Shown here one piece after another: positions 30,599 through 39,873 of a DNA stretch of 64,000 nt. Where the stretch lies: the NCBI GenBank assembly GCA_963746135.1, contig CAVUZZ010000003.1, forward strand, positions 1,096,294 through 1,160,293, written 5' to 3'. The stretch comes from an uncultured Actinomycetes bacterium (lineage in GTDB: Bacteria; Actinomycetota; CADDZG01; WHSQ01). How positions within the stretch are numbered: the stretch's first letter is position 1; every line of letters starts with the position of its first letter. Under the pieces are notes generated by a model. That model was not told the DNA's origin, made no database searches, and saw nothing but the letters and a program-made list of their open reading frames with translations. Made by a program: the position numbers and the translations under genes.

Positions 30599-31477
30599 TC
30601 ACCGGCTGAGCTCGGCCTCCTCGTCTAGTCGGGCCAGCTTGTGCGGGTTGGCGACCGCGTAGATCCGGGAGACTCGATCGTCCTCGATCACCATGTTCAC
30701 AACCCCGTACAGTTCGCCGTCGATCTCGAAGCGCGCCGCCGGCGCCCCATTGAGCCACATCGGAATCACCTCGAAGTCGACGGCAGACTTGGCCAACAAG
30801 CCCAGGAGTTTGCCCACCCGGTCCGCGCCCTCGATCGGCCGCTTGACTGTGGCGACAAAGCCGCCGCCGTCAGCCACCACGACAACATCGGGCGCGAGCA
30901 CGTCTAGCAGCCCCTGCAGGTCACCACCTCGGACCGCGGCCAAAAACCGCTCCACGACGGCCTCCTGCTCGGCCCGGCTCACCTGCACTCGCGGCCGCCG
31001 CGCGACCACGTGCGCTCGGGCGCGGTGGGCGATCTGCCGCACCGCCGCGGGCGTTTTGCCAACCGCCTCGGCGATCTCGTCGTACGTCGTCTCGAACACC
31101 TCGCGCAGCACGAACACCGCCCGCTCGGTGGGGCCCAGGGTCTCCAGCACGGTCAGCATCGCGAACGAGACACTCTCGGCGAGCTCGACGTCCTCGGCCA
31201 CGTCGGGGCTGGTCAGCAGCGGCTCGGGGAGCCATTCGCCGACGTACTCCTCGCGTTGCCGGGCCATCGTGCGCAACCGGTTGAGCGCCTGCCGGGTGAC
31301 GATCCGCACCAGGTATGCCCGCGGGTCGCGTACTTCCTCCCGGGCCGCAGCACCGAGGTCTGCCCACCGCAGCCAGGTCTCCTGCACGACGTCCTCGGCG
31401 TCGGCGGCGGAGCCGAGCATCTCGTAGGCGACCGTGAACAGCAGGCTGCGGTGGGCGACGAACGGGTCGTCGGTCAT
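30599..31477 (-). CDS. ECF41-group (SigJ-like) sigma factor with C-terminal SnoaL-like extension
   Basis: 292 aa from ATG 31477. Regions 2 and 4 are recognisable. C-terminal extension carries DGGG (VVADGGGFVA) and NPxKL (NPHKLARL) motifs. Confidence 0.85.
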   Translation of the reverse strand: MTDDPFVAHRSLLFTVAYEMLGSAADAEDVVQETWLRWADLGAAAREEVRDPRAYLVRIVTRQALNRLRTMARQREEYVGEWLPEPLLTSPDVAEDVELAESVSFAMLTVLETLGPTERAVFVLREVFETTYDEIAEAVGKTPAAVRQIAHRARAHVVARRPRVQVSRAEQEAVVERFLAAVRGGDLQGLLDVLAPDVVVVADGGGFVATVKRPIEGADRVGKLLGLLAKSAVDFEVIPMWLNGAPAARFEIDGELYGVVNMVIEDDRVSRIYAVANPHKLARLDEEAELSR

Positions 31478-31479
31478 GC

Positions 31480-32064
31480 CTACGACGCTACGACGCTCGG
31501 CTGCGCCAGGGGCACGAGGCCGCATGCTGCCGAGAACCCCTGGGCCTTGATGCCGAGGGCAACGTTTGAACGCGCAGGCACGTTCGCCAGCGCGATGAAC
31601 GCGGTGAGCTCGACCATCGCCGGCGCTCCGAGCTGCTCGAGCAGCCGAGCGAAGAACTCGTCGGTGACGGTCGGCGGCGTCTGTGACATCGCCTCGGCGT
31701 ACTCCATCACGTCGCGCTCAAGCGGCGTGAAGACGTTCGATTCCCGCCAGCGCGGCACCTCGCGGGCCTTGGCCTCGTCGAGCCCGTCGTTGTGCGCTTG
31801 GAAGTACCCCAGGTCGAGGCAGAACGAGCAGCCGATCAGGGATGCCACCGCCATGTGGGCGTAGGACTTCAGGTCCTTGTCGCACTTGTTCCACTTGCCG
31901 GACTTGTGGCCGAGCCCCATGAGGGCCTTAAGCACCGGCCGGTTGTGCCACATCACTCCGAGGGCGTTGGGTACTTCGCCGACCATTTTCTTGCTCATCC
32001 TCTTCAGTACGGCGCCGTAGAGGCCGGTGATCTCAGCCTTGGGGACCCGGGTGTTGCTGGTCAT
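31480..32064 (-). CDS. Carboxymuconolactone decarboxylase (AhpD-like) family protein
   Basis: ATG 32064 after ggagga. Reads ..HMAVASLIGCSFCLDLGYF.. (CxxC). Its stop is 2 nt before the sigma gene start, so the two form an operon. Confidence 0.75.
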   Translation of the reverse strand: MTSNTRVPKAEITGLYGAVLKRMSKKMVGEVPNALGVMWHNRPVLKALMGLGHKSGKWNKCDKDLKSYAHMAVASLIGCSFCLDLGYFQAHNDGLDEAKAREVPRWRESNVFTPLERDVMEYAEAMSQTPPTVTDEFFARLLEQLGAPAMVELTAFIALANVPARSNVALGIKAQGFSAACGLVPLAQPSVVAS

Positions 32065-32096
32065 GTCTCCTCCTCGTCTGGTGGTCTTGGCATGGA

Positions 32097-32123
32097 GACA
32101 CCGGCCGAGGCCGATCTGTGACA
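32097..32123 (-). promoter_or_regulatory. ECF41-type promoter TGTCACA-N16-TGTC
   Basis: Minus strand reads tgtcaca-gatcggcctcggccgg-tgtc and ends 33 nt upstream of the CMD start codon. The published ECF41 consensus is TGTCACA-N16-CGTC. Confidence 0.65.
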
Positions 32124-32219
32124 GCACGGCAGATATCCTCGTCGGCCGTGGCTGACTCTGACCGCCCTCTATTCGCCGAGCACATATAGCTTGGTGCGCA
32201 GTAGCGACAGCGACCAAGA

Positions 32220-33206
32220 ATGAGTGCTTCTCAACAGCTTGTTAACCTCGGCCGCATGACCGCAACGGACTGGCTGCTCGATTCGGATCCCGCCATCCGC
32301 TGGCAGGTGTTGCGCGACATTGTCCGTGCGCCGGCCGAGGTCGTCGCGGCGGAGCGCGCGCGGGTGGCCACCGAGGGCTGGGGTGCCAGACTGCTCGCGT
32401 TGCAAGGCGAAGACGGCCAGTGGGCGGGAGGCGCGTGCTTCCCGGCGCGCAGCTTCAACCAGTCCGACGAGAATCAGGGCCAGCCCTGGATCTCCACGCT
32501 GCCAACACTCCAACTGCTGCACGATTTCGGTGTCGACCCGCGCTCTGATCGGGTGCGTCGGGCGGTGGCGCAGGTCAGAGACCACTGCCGCTGGGAGCAC
32601 GCCGGACAGCCGTTCTTCAGCGGCGAGGTCGAGCCGTGCATCAATGGCAGGACCGTCACATTAGGCACGTACTTTGATCAAGATGTGGATGGCGTGGTCG
32701 CCCGCCTACTTGGAGAGCAACTCGAGGATGGCGGGTGGAACTGCGAGGTGGAGAATGGATCCGTCCGCTCGTCGTTCGCGACCACGATCAACGTCCTGGA
32801 AGGACTGATGGCGCACGAGCGCGCAACCGGTGGCTCTGCGGTATCCATCGCGGCACGGCGTCGGGGTGAGGAGTACCTCCTCGAACGAAAGCTGTTCCGA
32901 CGTAAGAGCACCGGCGAGATCGTCAATCCAGCCTGGATGCAATTCTCGTTTCCGATCCGCTGGCACTACGACGTCCTGCGAGCCCTCGAATACTTCCGCT
33001 TGGTCGGGGATGTGCCGGATCCGAGGGTGGACGAAGCGATCGATTTGCTCCGATCCAAGCAGCAGACCGATGGCACGTGGCTACTGGAGAACACACATCC
33101 CGGCAGGGTCCACTTCGCGCTCGAAGACGGCGACGATCGGCCCAGCCGGTGGAACACGCTGCGGGCGCTGCGTGTCCTCAGCTGGTACGAGCAGTCCGCT
33201 AACTGA
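32220..33206 (+). CDS. Prenyltransferase/terpene-cyclase-like alpha/alpha-toroid repeat protein
   Basis: Repeated QxxDGxW-type units (QGEDGQWAGG, QLEDGGWNCE, KQQTDGTWLL). The start may instead be the internal ATG at 32256. Confidence 0.55.
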   Translation: MSASQQLVNLGRMTATDWLLDSDPAIRWQVLRDIVRAPAEVVAAERARVATEGWGARLLALQGEDGQWAGGACFPARSFNQSDENQGQPWISTLPTLQLLHDFGVDPRSDRVRRAVAQVRDHCRWEHAGQPFFSGEVEPCINGRTVTLGTYFDQDVDGVVARLLGEQLEDGGWNCEVENGSVRSSFATTINVLEGLMAHERATGGSAVSIAARRRGEEYLLERKLFRRKSTGEIVNPAWMQFSFPIRWHYDVLRALEYFRLVGDVPDPRVDEAIDLLRSKQQTDGTWLLENTHPGRVHFALEDGDDRPSRWNTLRALRVLSWYEQSAN

Positions 33207-33240
33207 CCGCCGTCCCGCCTTCGCGCCATGCTCTGCTTCT

Positions 33241-33870
33241 TTAACCCGGGTTCATCGTCGCTTGGTCCACACCTGGTCCACCCGGCCCCGCTGCGGTCTT
33301 CGCGGTCCCGTCCGACCGAATCAACCGCGCCTCTGCAATGGCGATGAGAATGAGGCCTAATGGGATCAGCAACGCTGCAATCCCGAATGACGCGGCAGCC
33401 GCAGTCGAGGGATCTGGTGCGCCCTCGGTCCCAATCCGCGCGCCGAGCAGGTAGGAAGCGAGGAGCGTCGCAGACCCAAGGATGACGACAATGGGGCCGG
33501 CTCGCCAGCCCCTCTGAATGCAGACGGCGACTCCAACGAGTGCCAGCCCAACGCTTAGGAGTACGAAGGAGGCGAAAGAACCGACCACTGCGAGGATGAT
33601 GCCGACCCACGTTAGCCGCGCCGAACGGTCGAGCACCCCGCGCTGAAGTCGAATTAGCCCGAACGCGATCGTGGCGATGGAGATCCCATGGATGATAAGA
33701 GCGAGGGGCCACGCAGTATCTAGTTCGAATAGTGCTGCTTCCCATAACGTGGCGAAGCTTATGGCTCCGAGGATAAGCGCTGCGATCCCCGCGGCGTCGA
33801 GTCCGTCGGGGTGGTGCAGACGATTCAATGAGGTCTCCGATCCGTTGCCCCACAAAGGGGAACCTGGCAT
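33241..33870 (-). CDS. Hypothetical polytopic membrane protein
   Basis: 209-aa ORF with about 6 hydrophobic segments. The C-terminal ~15 codons overlap the 22-mer repeat, so the true stop region is uncertain. Confidence 0.45.
   Translation of the reverse strand: MPGSPLWGNGSETSLNRLHHPDGLDAAGIAALILGAISFATLWEAALFELDTAWPLALIIHGISIATIAFGLIRLQRGVLDRSARLTWVGIILAVVGSFASFVLLSVGLALVGVAVCIQRGWRAGPIVVILGSATLLASYLLGARIGTEGAPDPSTAAAASFGIAALLIPLGLILIAIAEARLIRSDGTAKTAAGPGGPGVDQATMNPG
33260..33281 (+). repeat. Orphan copy of the island-B 22-mer gcttggtccacacctggtccac
   Basis: Identical to 20998-21019. I found no tRNA-half copy nearby. Confidence 0.6.
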
Positions 33871-34316
33871 TCAGTCTGTTCCCAATGCACGCGCTAAACA
33901 AGAGACGACGAATCGCACCTGGCGACTCTCTCTTTAGTGCCGGCGCTCCCGCGTCAAGGACGCTCTCGTTCCTTAGGGATCGGACCTTACCCCCCCCGAT
34001 CTCGGGGCTTTGTTGAAGATGAGTTTGTGTCGACTACATCGACAACCAGGCAAAATTCAGTCGCTAGTCAGTAATGATCGGCAACGTTCGGAACTGAAGT
34101 CAGTCGCGTTGCGGGATGGAGCGAAGGTGACAGTCGTCCTCGCTCTGCTGGTGCGATCTCGGTGGGCAAAGAGGGACAAACATCGCAAGTCCTTTCGTCA
34201 ACTGCTGCCACGATTTCCCCCCAACCCCCTATCTGATCCGGAAATACCGGCGTACTTTGGCTGAGCAAAGCGACGTAGGTCGCACCATTCTGGGTGACCC
34301 GACAGCGGGAGGTCAG

Positions 34317-35071
34317 ATGAATCATCAGATGGATCCTCAAAAGCTTGCAAAAATTACCGGCTGGTTGTTCTTAGCCACCTTCGTTACCTCGATCCCAGCG
34401 AGATTGCTCTTCGTGAATGGACTCGGGGCTTCGTGGAACGACATGCGCTTCATCCCCGGTGCCGGCTCCGATACGGCCATGTACTTCGGCGCGATCCTCG
34501 AGTTCTTGCTCATCGTCACCAGTATGGGCACCGCGATCTTTCTCTACCCGATCGTCAAGCGGCAGAGCGAAGTCGGCGCGCTCGGATACGTCAGCGCGCG
34601 CGTCGTGGAGAACGCCTTCATCCTGGTCGGCCTCCTCAGCATCATTTCGGTCGTGACCGTGCGCGAGGACCTTGTGGGAGCCTCCGGCGCAGAGGCCGCT
34701 TCGCTGGCCACCACCGGCTCTTCCCTCGTTGCCACCTATGAGTGGGCGTTCCTGTTCGGCCCCGGTCTCGTCGTCGGGCCTCGGCAACGGGTTGTTGCTG
34801 GGTTACCTGATGTATCGCTCCGGTCTCGATGCCACCACGAATGGCCATGCTGGGGCTCATCGGTGGCCCCTTGCTCGCCGTTGGTTTCGTCTGCGTTCTG
34901 TTCGGGGTCTTCGAGACAGGCTCGGGGGGACAGGCCGCAGCGACCGCATTCGAGTTCGTGTGGGAGCTGTCGTTCGGTATCTATCTCGTCGTCAAAGGCT
35001 TTAGGCCATCTCCCATACTGTCCGACACGTGGGCATCCGATAGCGATCGGGTTGGACATCAGGCACGGTGA
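34317..35071 (+). pseudogene. DUF4386-family membrane protein, two frameshifts
   Basis: Pieces lie in three frames. The first is ..ITGWLFLATFVTSIPARLL..YPIVKRQSEVGALGYVSARVVE..EWAFLFGPGLVV. The second is GLGNGLLLGYLMYRSGL. The third is PPRMAMLGLIGGPLLAV..FEFVWELSFGIYLVVKGFRPSPIL. Junctions lie at about 34775-34785 (at a ggg run) and about 34815-34830. Confidence 0.7.
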
Positions 35072-35207
35072 TCATGGTTCTAGCCAATCATTTGTCTCGG
35101 CTGCCCGTTGAGTTCCGCTGCGCCGGAGAGCCGTGGCCGGCGGCGGAAGGGTCAGCTTCGAGTGCAACCCCCTCGGGGGCACATACCGGAAAGGGGAGAA
35201 GCCTGAC

Positions 35208-36161
35208 ATGAAGGCGTTCATATGGGAGAAGTACGGGCCGCCGGAGACGCTCCGGCTGGGGGAGCTCGAGAAGCCTGCGCCGAACGCAAATGAAGTCCTC
35301 GTGAAGGTGCTGGCAGTATCCGTCAATCCGGCGGACTGGCATTCAATGCGCGGCAAGCCCATTTTTTCGCGCGCCACCCTGGGCTTACTGCGGCCGAAAC
35401 ACAAGATTCTCGGCGTCGACATTGCCGGGCGAGTGGAGGCAGTCGGCAGCGACGTTACCCAGTTCAAGCCCGGCGACGAGGTCTACGCCAACCTCTTAGA
35501 CCACGGTTACGGCGGCTTTGCAGAATACGTTTCGGTCCCAGTTGATGTCATGTCGTTGAAGCCGACGAACCTATCGTTCGAGGAAGCGGCCGCAGTTCCG
35601 ATGGCGGCAACAACCGCACTCCAGGGCCTTAAACACCACGGAGAAATCCAGACCGAACAGAAGGTATTGATCAATGGCGCTTCCGGCGGGGTTGGCAGCT
35701 TTGCAGTTCAGATCGCCAAGTCGTATGGGCCCGAGGTGACCGGCGTGACCAGCTCCCGGAACGTCGACCTCGTCCGTTCGCTCGGCGCCGATCACGTCGT
35801 TGACTACACGACGACCGACTTCGTCCGTAGCGGGCGACGCTACGACCTCATCCTCGACACGATCGGGAACCTATCTGTGTCCGATCTCAAACGTGCGCTT
35901 GCCGAGGGCGGCAAGGCCGCAGTCACCGGATTTACCAGCGTGGCGAAGCTGATGGGCGTCTCGCTACGCGGCGGCAAGGAGATCGCCATGGTGCAGGCAC
36001 ACGTAACCGCCAAGGATCTGGAACTCCTTTCGGAGTTCATTGAGGCTGGGAAGGTGCGCCCGGAGATCGACAAGCGCTATCCGTTCGCCGAGATTCCCGC
36101 AGCGATCGCCTACTTGGAACAAGGCCATGCGAGGGGGAAGGTGGTCGCTGGAGCGACGTGA
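35208..36161 (+). CDS. Medium-chain dehydrogenase/reductase (quinone oxidoreductase / zinc-type ADH superfamily)
   Basis: ATG 35208 after aggggaga. Reads ..EVLVKVLAVSVNPADW.. with the NAD(P)-binding motif INGASGGVGSFAVQIAK. Confidence 0.85.
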   Translation: MKAFIWEKYGPPETLRLGELEKPAPNANEVLVKVLAVSVNPADWHSMRGKPIFSRATLGLLRPKHKILGVDIAGRVEAVGSDVTQFKPGDEVYANLLDHGYGGFAEYVSVPVDVMSLKPTNLSFEEAAAVPMAATTALQGLKHHGEIQTEQKVLINGASGGVGSFAVQIAKSYGPEVTGVTSSRNVDLVRSLGADHVVDYTTTDFVRSGRRYDLILDTIGNLSVSDLKRALAEGGKAAVTGFTSVAKLMGVSLRGGKEIAMVQAHVTAKDLELLSEFIEAGKVRPEIDKRYPFAEIPAAIAYLEQGHARGKVVAGAT

Positions 36162-36274
36162 GAGATCTCCCATCGTCTCGCCAACCCACTGTCAAAGGCG
36201 TACCCGCCGACGTAGCGTGATTCCAGCCGGGGAGGCGGTTGCCTCCCCTCGAATCAAGGCTCGGGAGAAAGACG

Positions 36275-37567
36275 ATGAGCACATCCCAAAGGATGCTGGC
36301 TTGGGTGGCCGCGGTCGCCCTGCTGCTTACCGGAGGGACGTCCTTCACCGCGACCTCCGCCGCATCGACCAACTACTCCGTCGTTCCTTATCCACTCGAG
36401 ATCAGCAGCCGTATCACGGAGCGCCACTCATCAGGAATCTCCGCTAGTGAGAGGCAAGTTCTCGTCAAGGAACAAACTGTGGGCGAGAAACGAGTCTTCA
36501 AATGCGACCGTGAGCGTGCGACGCTCGTGGGTAGCAGGAGCGACGACGTAATTACCGGGACGCCAGGTGCCGACGTAATCGTCGCGCGGAATGGCAATGA
36601 CGTCGTCAACGGCCGCGGCGGAAGCGACATCATCTGCTCGGGCCAAGGACGTGACCGCGTACGCGCGGGCGAAGGCAGCGACAGCGCCGAGACCGGACCC
36701 GGTCACGACTTGATTTGGGGTGGACCTGGCGACGACTCATTCCACGCGGGTCCGGGCAACGATGTCGCAAGAGGTGGCGACGGAAGATCGCTCCAGATTG
36801 GCGGACCGGGACGCGACCGAATGTTCGGTGGACCGAGCTCCGACAACTTCGAGTCAACGGGCCGAGATTGGAGTGCCGACGTCGACCTGTTCGTGGGCCG
36901 GAGCGGCAGCGATTCGTTTTCAGCCGACCCCGGTGACGACGTCTTCGACGGAGGACCAGGCGGGGACCGGCTGCATTACTTCGACTCGCCCAGCGGAGTC
37001 GACATCGACCTCTCTGCCGGTACCGCCACCGGGGACGGGTTCGACGTTCTCGTGTCGATCAATGACGTCGTGGGATCGCGCCACGACGACATCATTCGCG
37101 GCAATCGGTGGCGCAACGACATCTTCTCGGCCCCCGGTAACGACATCGTCTACGGGCTAGGGGGGGACGACGAGCTCTTTGACAGCGGTGGGGGTGACCG
37201 AATCGAGGGGGGCCGGGGTGACGACCAACTTGGAACCGGGTTCTGCACTAGCTCGAGTAACGGACCGACGACCTGTCAGACTGATCCTCCGCTTCCCGAC
37301 ATTCTGTTCGGCGGCCCGGGCAATGACCAAGTCGGGTCGGGACCGGGTGATGACCTGCTCGAGGGAAACTCAGGCGATGACTTGCTCTTCGGTGGTGACG
37401 GCTCCGACCTCATCGGCGGTCAAGCGGGTGACGACGATCTCCATGGAGGCACGGCAGCCGGCACACGACCCAACGCCGATGACAGAGTTCATGATGGCCT
37501 CGATGGTGGCAGCGGCACGGACCGGTGTCGCGGGCGCGACGACACCTTCACCAACTGCGAGCAGTAG
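36275..37567 (+). CDS. Secreted protein with hemolysin-type (RTX-like) calcium-binding repeats
   Basis: Signal peptide, then about 20 GxGxD/GGxGxD-type nonapeptide-like units (GGPGDDSF, GGPGNDQV, GNSGDDLLFGGDGSDLIGGQAGDD). Confidence 0.8.
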   Translation: MSTSQRMLAWVAAVALLLTGGTSFTATSAASTNYSVVPYPLEISSRITERHSSGISASERQVLVKEQTVGEKRVFKCDRERATLVGSRSDDVITGTPGADVIVARNGNDVVNGRGGSDIICSGQGRDRVRAGEGSDSAETGPGHDLIWGGPGDDSFHAGPGNDVARGGDGRSLQIGGPGRDRMFGGPSSDNFESTGRDWSADVDLFVGRSGSDSFSADPGDDVFDGGPGGDRLHYFDSPSGVDIDLSAGTATGDGFDVLVSINDVVGSRHDDIIRGNRWRNDIFSAPGNDIVYGLGGDDELFDSGGGDRIEGGRGDDQLGTGFCTSSSNGPTTCQTDPPLPDILFGGPGNDQVGSGPGDDLLEGNSGDDLLFGGDGSDLIGGQAGDDDLHGGTAAGTRPNADDRVHDGLDGGSGTDRCRGRDDTFTNCEQ

Positions 37568-37663
37568 TAACACGAATGGCATCCCTGCCGCTGTCTTGTC
37601 AGAATGAGTGGGCGAAGGGGCCCCTGGGCCCCGGGTCTAGTTGGGACGAGGAAAGGAAGAGAG

Positions 37664-38041
37664 ATGGACAAGATCGTGCACTTCGAGATCCCGGCGGACG
37701 ACCTTGGCAGGGCCAAGGAGTTCTACGGATCGACCTTTGGCTGGGAACTGGAGGACATGCAGGGGATGGACTACACGATCGTGAGGACGGTGTCCGTTGA
37801 CGATCAACAGCTGCCGACAGAGCGGGGCGCGATCAACGGCGGCATGATGAAGAGAGCCTCCGACACTCCGTCACCAGTGATCACGGTGCAAGTCGACGCC
37901 ATCGATCAGGCGCTGAAGCAGGTGGAGGCGAGCGGCGGCACAATCGTCGCACCCCGGCAAGAGATTCCAGGTATGGGTGCGTTCGCCTACTTCAAGGACA
38001 CAGAGGGAAACACGCTCGGCCTGTGGGAGAACGCGGTCTAG
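37664..38041 (+). CDS. VOC/glyoxalase-family protein
   Basis: 125 aa: MDKIVHFEIPADDLGRAKEFYGSTFGWEL...AYFKDTEGNTLGLWE. Confidence 0.85.
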   Translation: MDKIVHFEIPADDLGRAKEFYGSTFGWELEDMQGMDYTIVRTVSVDDQQLPTERGAINGGMMKRASDTPSPVITVQVDAIDQALKQVEASGGTIVAPRQEIPGMGAFAYFKDTEGNTLGLWENAV

Positions 38042-38104
38042 TTTTCTTCTGCAGGTCCTGCCCTCCCTCCGAAGGGTTTACTCGAAGTTCGGTGATCTAC
38101 CCAA

Positions 38105-38485
38105 TCACGACGTGAGACCATTCTCCGTACGCCGTGTCCTGCTCGAGTCTGCCTTGCAGTGTTCGGTCCTCTTGGCTCGTGCGTAGAAGCGACCGTTCAC
38201 TCCGGTGTTGCCGGTGGACCAATCGCCGTCGGCAGATGCGGTGTCACTCGCGATAACTGGGTCCGTGTTGGGGTGCTGCTCCGAGCCGACCTGCCTGAGC
38301 AAGCGAATCTTGCGACCGTCCACGCACCTGCGAGGCCGGGGACTCTGTACGGTGCCTGAGAAGTCTCTACCCTCGACTCTGATGGTCACCTTCGTTACGG
38401 CCCGAGTCTGGCCGGCGCTGCTGGGGGCAGCGATTCCGCCAAGGGCCACTAAGGCAGCGAGTACTAAGAGAAGCTTCGGTTTCAT
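38105..38485 (-). CDS. Small secreted hypothetical protein
   Basis: 126-aa ORF with a clear signal peptide (MKPKLLLVLAALVALGGIAAPSSA). No family recognised. Confidence 0.55.
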   Translation of the reverse strand: MKPKLLLVLAALVALGGIAAPSSAGQTRAVTKVTIRVEGRDFSGTVQSPRPRRCVDGRKIRLLRQVGSEQHPNTDPVIASDTASADGDWSTGNTGVNGRFYARAKRTEHCKADSSRTRRTENGLTS

Positions 38486-38654
38486 GGATGCTCACCTCAT
38501 CTGCGATGAAAAAGAACCCGACCGGCTGACGCTATCGGACCGGCTTTCTCGGTGGAAGGGGGTTGGGCAAGCCGAACGGGACTTCACGTTGCAAAGGGTC
38601 GTCGAGGATGAATGAACGGCGGCGGTTTGCTTAGATGTTCATTGGAGGCAGCCA

Positions 38655-39460
38655 ATCGAGACTAAAGACACACCTGCAGGCAAGCAGTGGGGCAGGGGGA
38701 ACGCCTACGAGCCGTACGTCGGACGGTGGAGCCGACTCGTTGCGGCGCGCTTCATCGACTGGTTGGCGCCCACGCCGGATAGTCGATGGCTCGACATTGG
38801 ATGCGGCACTGGAGCGTTGACCCAGACGATCCTCGGGGCAGCGCGGCCCACATTGGTCCGTGGGGTCGATCCCTCAGAAGGCTTCATCTGGTTCGCGCGC
38901 GATCGTCTAAGCGATCCCCGAGTTACGTTCGAGGTGGCAAACGCCCATCAGCTCCCGGACGACGATGGTTCATACGACTACACGGTTTCCGGTCTGGTCT
39001 TGAATTTCGTCCCAAACCCTTCCGCAGCGCTAGACGAGATGAGAAGGGTCACCGCGCGGGAGGTCTCGTTGCAGCCTACGTCTGGGACTACGCAGACGGC
39101 ATGGAGTTGATGCGCTACTTCTGGGATGCCGCAACCGAGCTTGACCGGCGTGCTGCGACCCTTGACGAGGGGATTCGATCCCCGATCTGTAAGCCGGAAC
39201 CGCTGCGCAATCTCTGGGAGGACGCATCTATTCATGACATAGCGGTGGTGCCAATCGACATCGAAACGTCGTTTCGTGACTTCGATGACTACTGGTCGCC
39301 CTTTCTGGGGGGTCAGGGTCCTGCGCCGAACTACACGATGTCGCTGGATGAGCCTGCCCGCGACGAGTTGAAGTCACTTCTTCGCCGACAACTGCCTACC
39401 AACAAGGACGGGAGCATCCAGCTACGTGCACGGGCTTGGGGAGTGCAGGGCCGGATCTGA
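38655..39460 (+). pseudogene. Class I SAM-dependent methyltransferase, one frameshift and no canonical start codon
   Basis: ..QWGRGNAYEPYVGRWSRLVAARFIDWL..WLDIGCGTGALT.. runs in one frame. ..GGLVAAYVWDYADGMELMRYFWD.. runs in another, with the junction at about 39052-39060. The N-terminal frame has no ATG/GTG/TTG after the upstream stop. GGAGG at 38644-38648 is followed by ATC 38655. Confidence 0.7.
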
Positions 39461-39813
39461 AACAGATTCCTCTGACCAAGGCCCACAACCCAAAGGGTCC
39501 GCCCCGCGGACAGAGCTGAGAGTCGGCAGGTCGATGTAACGACCTTCTCGACCGTGAGGAAGTGACGCCGCGACGTCCAGGTGCGCACCGCGCCACTCGT
39601 AACGCGGGTAGTCGACGATCTTGACACCGGTCAATGTCCGGGGACCCGGCTGAACTGAGTCGCTTCAATCTCGGGTGGGAACAGCTGACGCACGGTTTGG
39701 CTACCTCTGAAGAGACTCTCGGCAGTTGCCGCGTGCAGCAGCACGCCGTGATCCAAGACTTTGAGGTTGTAGCCCTCCCGAGTAGATCCATCGTCAACGC
39801 AAATGACGCCGGG

Positions 39814-39840
39814 CGTCACAAACAGAACCCCTACCTCGTC
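39814..39840 (+). promoter_or_regulatory. ECF41-type promoter cGTCACA-N16-CGTC
   Basis: cgtcaca-aacagaacccctacct-cgtc, ending 34 nt upstream of the epimerase start codon. Confidence 0.65.
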
Positions 39841-39873
39841 TCGTTGTTAGTGGACTTGGAAAGGAGAAATTCG

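Noticed and set aside
36500-37500. Periodic DNA repetition that could be mistaken for a tandem repeat or CRISPR-like array
   Set aside because: The periodicity is the coding repeat of GGxGxD calcium-binding nonapeptides inside one ORF. There are no constant-length spacers and no identical direct repeats.
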